From positions 1 through 4,435 of IMG/VR virus record IMGVR_UViG_2548876863_000003: DNA of 4,435 nucleotides; one strand, given 5' to 3'. This DNA comes from a virus (taxonomy: Duplodnaviria > Heunggongvirae > Uroviricota > Caudoviricetes). Shown in pieces: positions 1-4,384 of this stretch (positions are counted from its first letter, which is position 1; each line of letters begins with the position of its first letter). The notes under the pieces were generated by a model. It was not told where the DNA came from, made no database searches, and saw nothing but the letters and a program-made list of their open reading frames with translations. The position numbers and the translations under genes were made by a program.

Positions 1-20
1 CAAAAACCCGTTATCCGGTG
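1..20 (-). terminator. Possible weak intrinsic terminator downstream of the repressor gene (minus-strand RNA ...CACCGGAUAACGGGUUUUUG)
   Basis: On the minus strand a short GC stem (CCGG/CGGG around a GAUAA loop) is followed by a U5 run. The stem is only 3-4 bp and the element lies at the window edge. No ORF continues leftward on the minus strand: all three frames hit stops at 11-13, 40-42 and 72-74. Confidence 0.2.
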
Positions 21-103
21 AAACGCAGCACCGCTCCGCTTAAGTGAACGGCATTGGACGCTAAGGTCGGGTTATTGTTGTGTGTTTTAGAGTGGTGAGG
101 CTG

Positions 104-757
104 TTAACTAAATGTCTCTTCAGGCCACTGGCTGGCGATAACTTTCCCTACTACGGAACAGCTATCATTGCATGGAATCATTGGATATTGCGGGTTTAGT
201 GGTTGTAGGAACACCTGACCGCTATCCCTGATCAGTTTCTTGAAGGTAAACTCGTCACCACCAAGTCTGGCTATGCAGAAATCACCTGGCTCAACAGCCT
301 GCTCAGGGTCAACGAGAATTAACATCCCGTCAGGAAAGCTTGGCTTGGATCCTGTTGGCGCGGTCATGGAATTACCTTCAACTTCAAGCCAAAACGCACA
401 ATCACTGGCTTTTTTGGTTGTGCTGACCCATCTCTCCGCATCACCTTTGGTAAAGGTTCTAAGCTCAGGCGAGAACATACCGGCCTGAACATGAGAAAAA
501 ACAGGGTACTCATATTGTTTTTTAACGGGGGCAGATGAGTATTCGCCAACAGGTGAAAATGTACCGTCGTGGTTGAATGAGACGTTATCAATACCAAGGT
601 ATTTAAACACCACACCAATCTCGTCAAGAGATGGATGACGAGATCCGCGCAACCAGTGACCAATTCCACCCTGCGTCATACCAAGCTCTTCGGCTAACTT
701 CTCTTGAGTTATGCCGAGCTCTTTCATTCTGGATCTAGCCAGTTCATACCATTTCAT
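104..757 (-). CDS. cI: CI-type prophage repressor: N-terminal XRE-family helix-turn-helix domain plus C-terminal S24 (LexA/CI) self-cleaving peptidase domain
   Basis: The ORF track gives 104..805, but that ORF begins with TTG. I place the start at ATG 757 ([18 protein letters not shown]...) because AAGGG lies 7 nt upstream; ATG 763 and ATG 799 are alternatives. The C-terminal domain carries the S24 hallmarks: a QAG Ala-Gly self-cleavage site, a GNSM serine motif and a GKVIASQW lysine motif. From [12 protein letters not shown] to the end it is near-identical to the phage lambda CI C-terminal domain as recalled from memory (only about 3 substitutions). The N-terminal HTH domain is unrelated to lambda's. 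The stop is TAA at 104-106. Confidence 0.9.
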   Translation of the reverse strand: MKWYELARSRMKELGITQEKLAEELGMTQGGIGHWLRGSRHPSLDEIGVVFKYLGIDNVSFNHDGTFSPVGEYSSAPVKKQYEYPVFSHVQAGMFSPELRTFTKGDAERWVSTTKKASDCAFWLEVEGNSMTAPTGSKPSFPDGMLILVDPEQAVEPGDFCIARLGGDEFTFKKLIRDSGQVFLQPLNPQYPMIPCNDSCSVVGKVIASQWPEETFS

Positions 758-874
758 TTTCATACCCTTATTATTACGCTCTGTACTAAAATCATCCATG
801 CACAAGATGTATTTTTTGTTTGCATTCTAAAAGTACATATCGTATTATTGCGTTATGGTTACTATGGAGGGCAT
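758..874. promoter_or_regulatory. Divergent immunity control region (OR-like operators with PR-like and PRM-like promoters) between the repressor and cro
   Basis: Position between divergently transcribed repressor and cro genes, AT-rich. Candidate rightward promoter: -35 TTGCAT (820-825), 17-bp spacer, -10 TATTAT (843-848), then GGAGG (866-870) and cro ATG at 875. Candidate leftward -10 is TAGAAT on the minus strand (829-824). Individual operator sites could not be resolved by eye; there are short inverted AGTACA/TGTACT elements at 782-787 and 832-837 and TATTATT(A/G)CG repeats at 768-779 and 843-852. Confidence 0.5.
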
Positions 875-1090
875 ATGAGCAACCTACGAAAATATCGAGA
901 GTCACTGAATATCTCTCAAACAACACTTGCTAAGGCAGTTGGATGCACACAGGGAGCTATCGGACATTGGGAATCTGGTCGTCGCTTCCCAGACCTTAAA
1001 ACATGCCGTGCTCTTGTTGCGTGCCTAAACAAGTTAGGCGCAAAAGTCAGTCTTGATGACGTGTTCCCGCCGGAACACAAAGCCGCTTAA
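875..1090 (+). CDS. cro: Cro-like small HTH repressor (71 aa, XRE family)
   Basis: ATG at 875 with GGAGG 4 nt upstream; 71 codons; stop TAA 1088-1090. The HTH is ISQTTLAKAVGCTQGAIGHW, and its recognition helix (TQGAIGHW) closely matches that of the divergent repressor (TQGGIGHW), as expected for a repressor/Cro pair sharing operators. The protein ends in KAA. It is the 3' part of tracked ORF 704..1090, whose 5' extension overlaps the repressor start and is not credible. Confidence 0.85.
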   Translation: MSNLRKYRESLNISQTTLAKAVGCTQGAIGHWESGRRFPDLKTCRALVACLNKLGAKVSLDDVFPPEHKAA

Positions 1091-1100
1091 TAAGCGGATC

Positions 1101-1146
1101 CGCTCTTTGTAACAACGGACATTCGTCCTACGTCGCTGAAAAGCGA
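1101..1146 (+). promoter_or_regulatory. nutR-like antitermination site: boxA-like element followed by two short hairpins (boxB candidates)
   Basis: CGCTCTTTGTAACAA (1101-1115) resembles the boxA consensus (CGCTCTTA in lambda, TGCTCTTTAACAA in rrn). Hairpin 1 is GGAC-ATTC-GTCC (1117-1128). Hairpin 2 is TCGCT-GAAA-AGCGA (1133-1146), a 5-bp stem with a GNRA-type loop reminiscent of lambda boxB (GCCCU-GAAAA-AGGGC). The position between cro and cII matches lambda nutR. Confidence 0.45.
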
Positions 1147-1221
1147 GTTCCAAGATATCTGACCAACTAAGGCCATATGCGTTTCCACGCATACCTTTCA
1201 ACTAACTATTCACTACTGGAA

Positions 1222-1254
1222 ATCTTAAGAAATGGAACAAACAAGTTACAGCAA
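1222..1254 (-). promoter_or_regulatory. PRE-like CII-activated leftward promoter embedded in the 5' end of cII
   Basis: The minus strand reads TTGC-TGTAAC-TTGT (1254-1241), a TTGC-N6-TTGY direct repeat like the lambda CII box (TTGC-N6-TTGC). It is followed by 13 nt and then TAAGAT-TTCC (1227-1222 onward), which mirrors the lambda PRE layout as recalled (TTGC-N6-TTGC, 13 nt, AAGTAT-TTCC). The location in codons 4-8 of cII is the same as in lambda. Confidence 0.45.
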
Positions 1255-1528
1255 ACTATCACAGCGCGACGTTGATCGCGCAGAAACAGATTTACTCATC
1301 AACCTGTCAACGCTTACCCAGCGCGGTCTGGCAAAGATGATTGGCTGTCATGAATCGAAGATAAGCAGAACGGACTGGAGATTTATTGCTTCGGTCCTGT
1401 GTGCTTTCGGAATGGCATCAGACATCAGTCCGATTAGCAGGGCTTTTAAGTATGCGCTTGATGGACTCACCAATAAAAAACGCCCGGCGGCAACCGAGCG
1501 TTCTGAACAAATCCAGATGGATTTTTAA
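1232..1528 (+). CDS. cII: CII-like transcriptional activator (98 aa)
   Basis: ATG 1232; stop TAA 1526-1528. The C-terminus LTNKKRPAATERSEQIQMDF is essentially identical to the lambda CII C-terminus (ILTNKKRPAATERSEQIQMEF, from memory). The N-terminal 78 residues are diverged but of the same length and pattern (KISRTDW here versus QISRWKRDW in lambda). Confidence 0.9.
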   Translation: MEQTSYSKLSQRDVDRAETDLLINLSTLTQRGLAKMIGCHESKISRTDWRFIASVLCAFGMASDISPISRAFKYALDGLTNKKRPAATERSEQIQMDF

Positions 1529-1539
1529 CTGCTTTCTAT
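1474..1539 (-). ncRNA. oop: oop-like antisense RNA (about 66 nt) overlapping the cII 3' end, ending at a GC-hairpin plus U6 intrinsic terminator
   Basis: Plus-strand 1472-1524 (CAATAAAAAACGCCCGGCGGCAACCGAGCGTTCTGAACAAATCCAGATGGA) matches, as I recall it, the lambda sequence that encodes the 3' two-thirds of oop RNA. On the minus strand this gives ...CGCUCGGUUGCCGCCGGGCGUUUUUUAUU, a GC-rich hairpin plus U6 with the 3' end near 1474-1480. The predicted 5' end at about 1539 follows from the promoter at 1547-1555. Confidence 0.55.
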
Positions 1540-1546
1540 GGAGTTA

Positions 1547-1555
1547 ATTATGGCA
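1547..1555 (-). promoter_or_regulatory. pO-like extended -10 promoter (TGcCATAAT) for the oop-like RNA, overlapping the HNH gene start codon
   Basis: The minus strand reads TGCCATAAT (1555-1547), i.e. a TGn extension plus CATAAT hexamer. In lambda (from memory) the pO -10 is also CATAAT and also overlaps the start codon of the downstream rightward gene (O, ...TCATTATGACA...). Here the same hexamer overlaps the ATTATG of the HNH gene. Confidence 0.5.
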
Positions 1556-2350
1556 AAAAAACCTACACCAGACCAGGTAAAAAAGATTCGTTCCGGCATT
1601 ACCAAGAAAATACGGTTTGAGGTTTTCAAGCGCGATGGCTTCAAATGCCAGTACTGTGGGAGTTCTGCGCCAGACGTCATCCTTCATGTCGACCATATCA
1701 ACCCAGTTAGCAAGGGTGGCGATAACGACATGATGAACCTTATTACTTCTTGCGATAGTTGTAATGGCGGGAAAAGCGACAAACTGCTCAGCGATAACTC
1801 AATAATGGAAAAGCAAAGGCAGCAACTCCAGGAACTTAATACCAAGCGAGAGCAACTGGAGATGATGATCAAGTGGCGAGATGGTCTTAAGAGCCTGAAA
1901 GACGATGTTGTTGATATTGTCGCTACCAAAATTGACGACTGCATTGCGCCATTTACTGTTAATGACAATGGGCGAAAATCTATCAAGAGATGGCTTCGAA
2001 TATATAAGCTTGAAGAAATCCTCGATGCGATTGAGATTGCTGCAGACAAAAAACTCACCCAAGAAATAACCCATGAGCTTACTGGTGAATTCTTTGAGTA
2101 CATCCCTCGCATAGCAGCGACAAAAAGAAAACCGCCAAAAGAACAAAGGATTCTATACATCAGAGGAATCCTTAAAAACCGCATATATATCAATCAAAAC
2201 CATGTAATGAGTTATCTCAAGGCATGGCTTTCATACGACTTAGATCTCGATGAACTTACTGAGTTTGCGAAAACAGTACCTAACTGGACAACGTTCAAGG
2301 AGTGGGTATCTGAACGCATTCGTGAAGCTCAGGAAGAACTCCCGTACTAA
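1550..2350 (+). CDS. HNH-family endonuclease (about 266 aa) with an N-terminal HNH domain, a coiled-coil-like segment and a roughly 150-aa C-terminal domain of unknown function
   Basis: ATG 1550 with GGAG (1540-1543) 6 nt upstream; the in-frame ATG at 1538 lacks an RBS. The HNH motif is complete: CQYCG...LHVDHINPVSKGGDNDMMNLITSCDSCNGGKSDK (two Cys pairs, H-x-D-H, conserved N). A Q/E/L-rich heptad-like stretch follows (QRQQLQELNTKREQLEMMIKW). Stop TAA 2348-2350. The gene sits between cII and the replication initiator, in a co-directional tightly packed operon. Confidence 0.8.
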   Translation: MAKKPTPDQVKKIRSGITKKIRFEVFKRDGFKCQYCGSSAPDVILHVDHINPVSKGGDNDMMNLITSCDSCNGGKSDKLLSDNSIMEKQRQQLQELNTKREQLEMMIKWRDGLKSLKDDVVDIVATKIDDCIAPFTVNDNGRKSIKRWLRIYKLEEILDAIEIAADKKLTQEITHELTGEFFEYIPRIAATKRKPPKEQRILYIRGILKNRIYINQNHVMSYLKAWLSYDLDLDELTEFAKTVPNWTTFKEWVSERIREAQEELPY

Positions 2351-2361
2351 AGGTGGACAAA

Positions 2362-3249
2362 ATGGCACGTTCAAGAAATATCAAACCAGGCTTTTTCACC
2401 AATGATGAATTAGCTGAGTGTTCTCCATATGCCCGTCTCCTTTTTGCCGGGTTATGGACTATTGCTGACAAAGAAGGGCGGTTGGATGATCGCCCAAAGA
2501 AAATTAAAGCAATGGTACTGCCTTTCGATGATGTGGACTGCAATGATCTGCTTCAGCAACTTCACAGTCACAAATTCATCAACCGATATCAGGTAAATGG
2601 CGGCTCATATATCCAAATCAATAACTGGAAAAAGCACCAGAACCCTCACTGCAAAGAAGCTGCCAGTGAGATACCAGAACCAGTAGAGAACAATAACAGC
2701 ACCATGCAAGTACAGTGCAATGACGATAAAGGGGAAGAGAAGGAGGATGCAGAATCACTTCAAGTCATTGAAAACAATGAAGCACCAGAAAAGCACCATG
2801 CAAGTACAGTGCAAGAACAAGTTGAGAACAGTTTAAATCCTGCTGATTCCCTTAACCTGATTCCTGATTCCCTTAACCTGATTCCTGATTCCCTTTCTAA
2901 CACCCAAGCCGCTGACGCGACTTGTGAAGGGGGTGGGGCTGATGTCCATAAAATTTCAAGTCGCTATGCATTCGAAGGAAATATCGTTCGGTTAAACCAC
3001 AAGGATTACGAAGCATGGAAGCGCCTGTATCCGAACATTGACCTGAATTACGAGCTGGAAAGGCTGGATATCGAATTTAGCCATGAGAAGCCAAAGAACT
3101 GGTTTATCACTGCCAGCCAGAAACTCAGCTACCAGAACAAGCAGGCGTTATCCAGACCGGTACGCAAGGTTGCTAATGGACTTAAGGCTGAAAACTTTGC
3201 CACCAAGGATTACGGACAAACTGAAATGCCTTCATGGGCGCAGGAGTGA
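2362..3249 (+). CDS. Putative replication initiator (functional analogue of lambda O): conserved N-terminal domain, acidic low-complexity linker encoded by repeat DNA, C-terminal domain
   Basis: ATG 2362 with AGGTGG (2351-2356) 5 nt upstream; the tracked ORF starts at GTG 2353. Stop TGA 3247-3249. It lies immediately upstream of, and is translationally coupled to, the DnaC-like loader. The central region (about aa 95-200) is E/N/Q/D-rich low complexity and coincides with the DNA repeats at 2698-2901. The family assignment is not resolved from sequence alone; the protein is not lambda-O-like in sequence. Confidence 0.65.
   Translation: MARSRNIKPGFFTNDELAECSPYARLLFAGLWTIADKEGRLDDRPKKIKAMVLPFDDVDCNDLLQQLHSHKFINRYQVNGGSYIQINNWKKHQNPHCKEAASEIPEPVENNNSTMQVQCNDDKGEEKEDAESLQVIENNEAPEKHHASTVQEQVENSLNPADSLNLIPDSLNLIPDSLSNTQAADATCEGGGADVHKISSRYAFEGNIVRLNHKDYEAWKRLYPNIDLNYELERLDIEFSHEKPKNWFITASQKLSYQNKQALSRPVRKVANGLKAENFATKDYGQTEMPSWAQE
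2698..2720. repeat. Copy 1 of a 23-bp exact direct repeat AGCACCATGCAAGTACAGTGCAA
   Basis: Identical 23-mer at 2698-2720 and 2792-2814, offset by 94 bp (not a multiple of 3), so the two copies are translated in different frames (STMQVQC versus KHHASTVQ). The conservation is therefore at the DNA level. Confidence 0.8.
2792..2814. repeat. Copy 2 of the 23-bp exact direct repeat AGCACCATGCAAGTACAGTGCAA
   Basis: See copy 1; exact match read directly from the sequence. Confidence 0.8.
2843..2901. repeat. Tandem 21-bp repeats (CTGATTCCCTTAACCTGATTC x2 plus a partial third copy), an iteron-like array
   Basis: Units at 2843-2863 and 2864-2884 are identical; the third (2885-2901) diverges after CTGATTCCCTT. 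The core CTGATTC occurs five times (2843, 2857, 2864, 2878, 2885) with alternating 14 and 7 bp spacing. The array encodes DSLNLIP-DSLNLIP-DSLSN in the initiator linker. Confidence 0.8.
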
Positions 3250-3251
3250 AC

Positions 3252-4097
3252 ATGACGCTGGATGAAAAGATCTCCCAACTGGAGAAAAAACTTGCAGAAT
3301 TGAGTTCTCCGCCAATTGCTATCGAGCATACAGCTGTAGAAATTGGCTCTGGCATCTGTGAAAAACATGGTGAGTTTGAGCAGCGTAACCGTTACTCGAC
3401 TGGGCCAATTAAGTTTGCCTCAAGACCTAGCGAATGCCCGGAATGCATGAGAGATGAGCTTATTCGGCTACAGGCAGAGAAGATTAAAATCGACGAGGAA
3501 TCACGTAAGCGCAATGTCGAGTTTCTGTTGAATAATCTTGATATTCCTGAACGATTCAAGGGTTGCACACTGCAGAACTACGAGCCAGTCAACGACGATG
3601 CAAAGAGAGTGCTCAGGGTGTGTCAGGCATACGCCAGCAAATGGCCTGAGAGGTTACAGAAAGGCGGTGGGCTGGTTATGTGTGGAAAGCCTGGTACTGG
3701 AAAGAATCATCTTGCACTGGCTATCGCCCGGCACGCAATTACGGAACATCAAAGCTCAGCTATTTTCACAACGGCGCTGAAAATTGCCAGAGAATATAAA
3801 TCAACATGGTCGAAAAACTCCACCCGCACAGAGGATGAAGTGATCCGACAGTTCACTAAACCTGACCTGCTAATTATCGATGAGGTTGGTGTGCAGTTTG
3901 GAAGCGAGGCGGAAAAGATGATCATGTTCGAAATCATCAACACCCGCTACGAGCGCATGAAGCCAACAATCCTGATTAGCAACCAGAGCAAAGATGAACT
4001 GTCTGCATTCATTGGTGAGCGTGTTATTGACAGGATGAATGATGGCGGCGGATGCACCCTTGCGTTTACATGGGATAGTTACAGGAGCAGATCGTGA
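3252..4097 (+). CDS. DnaC/IstB-family AAA+ ATPase, putative replicative helicase loader
   Basis: ATG 3252 with AGGAG (3242-3246) 5 nt upstream; the tracked ATG 3234 lies inside the upstream gene. Walker A is GKPGTGKNHLALAI and Walker B is LLIIDEVG; the C-terminal region (ERVIDRM...SYR) is DnaC-like. The N-terminal region has a C-x2-H...C-x2-C cluster (CEKH...CPEC). Stop TGA 4095-4097. Confidence 0.9.
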   Translation: MTLDEKISQLEKKLAELSSPPIAIEHTAVEIGSGICEKHGEFEQRNRYSTGPIKFASRPSECPECMRDELIRLQAEKIKIDEESRKRNVEFLLNNLDIPERFKGCTLQNYEPVNDDAKRVLRVCQAYASKWPERLQKGGGLVMCGKPGTGKNHLALAIARHAITEHQSSAIFTTALKIAREYKSTWSKNSTRTEDEVIRQFTKPDLLIIDEVGVQFGSEAEKMIMFEIINTRYERMKPTILISNQSKDELSAFIGERVIDRMNDGGGCTLAFTWDSYRSRS

Positions 4098-4384
4098 CTG
4101 GAAAAGAAATCATCCTGGAATATCTGAAAACTCATGAACAATTCTCCCCACATGAATTAGCACTGATTACCGGAATACCAAATAACAGAATCGCTCAAGC
4201 AGCAAGGCATATGGTGAAACAAGGGCATTTGAGTGTTGTTGAGCGTAAGTGGAAGACGGTTATTTATGCAAAACGCAAAGTGAAGAAGGAGCCAATTAAA
4301 AGAAATCCAGATGGTACGGGGTGGGGATGTGCAAATCCAATGACGGCGTTTATTAATAGGGCGCTTATGGAGGTAAGGCAATGA
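4094..4384 (+). CDS. ren: Ren-like protein (96 aa)
   Basis: GTG 4094 overlaps the DnaC-like stop (GTGA), with AGGAG (4083-4087) 6 nt upstream. The N-terminus MTGKEIILEYLKTHEQF resembles lambda Ren (MTGKEAIIHYLGTHNSF, from memory); length (96 aa) and position directly after the helicase-loader gene match lambda ren. Stop TGA 4382-4384. Confidence 0.6.
   Translation: MTGKEIILEYLKTHEQFSPHELALITGIPNNRIAQAARHMVKQGHLSVVERKWKTVIYAKRKVKKEPIKRNPDGTGWGCANPMTAFINRALMEVRQ

Noticed and set aside
240-488. 82-aa plus-strand ORF
   Set aside because: Lies entirely inside the repressor gene on the opposite strand; no RBS; low-complexity Ser/Pro-rich translation typical of an antisense frame.
364-669. 101-aa minus-strand ORF
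   Set aside because: Alternative frame within the repressor gene; the other frame encodes a clearly conserved S24 peptidase domain.
704-874. 5' extension of the cro ORF (tracked 704..1090, 128 aa)
   Set aside because: The extension runs antisense through the repressor start and the operator region. The HTH protein begins at ATG 875, which has a strong GGAGG RBS.
1093-1104. The AGCGGATCCGCT palindrome as a cloning artefact or restriction-modification signature
   Set aside because: It contains a GGATCC site, but the flanking sequence is contiguous phage-like sequence with coherent gene organisation, so a vector junction is unlikely. It is better explained as part of the structured leader.
1177-1284. 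Small 35-codon ORF (MRFHAYLSTNYSLLEILRNGTNKLQQTITARR) overlapping the cII start in another frame
   Set aside because: No RBS; its ATG lies inside a hairpin; overlaps the well-supported cII start. Treated as chance.
1538-1549. Upstream in-frame ATG (1538) as the HNH gene start
   Set aside because: No Shine-Dalgarno precedes it, whereas ATG 1550 has GGAG at optimal spacing and sits in the same position relative to the CATAAT element as the lambda O start.
1684-2193. 169-aa and 115-aa minus-strand ORFs (1684..2193 and 1799..2146)
   Set aside because: Both are antisense to the HNH gene, which has a complete catalytic motif; their translations are hydrophobic and Ser/Leu-rich with no motifs.
2295-2543. 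82-aa minus-strand ORF
   Set aside because: Antisense across the HNH/initiator junction; no RBS; conflicts with two well-supported plus-strand genes.
2843-2901. CRISPR array as an explanation for the tandem repeats
   Set aside because: The repeats are directly adjacent with no unique spacers, the units are only 21 bp, and they lie in frame inside a protein-coding gene. This fits iterons or a linker-coding repeat, not CRISPR.
2650-2950. DnaA boxes (TTATCCACA-like) near the putative origin
   Set aside because: I found no convincing match by eye on either strand in this interval. The closest 9-mer resemblance in the window is at 12-20 (TTATCCGGT), far from the repeats.
3234-3251. Upstream ATG (3234) as the DnaC-like gene start
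   Set aside because: It lies within the initiator coding sequence without an RBS; ATG 3252 follows AGGAG at 5 nt and starts right after the upstream stop.
3083-3265. 60-aa plus-strand ORF
   Set aside because: Alternative frame inside the initiator 3' end; Arg-rich translation typical of an out-of-frame read.
3538-3943. 80-aa plus-strand (3538..3780) and 64-aa minus-strand (3749..3943) ORFs
   Set aside because: Both are embedded in the DnaC-like gene, whose own frame carries Walker A and B motifs.
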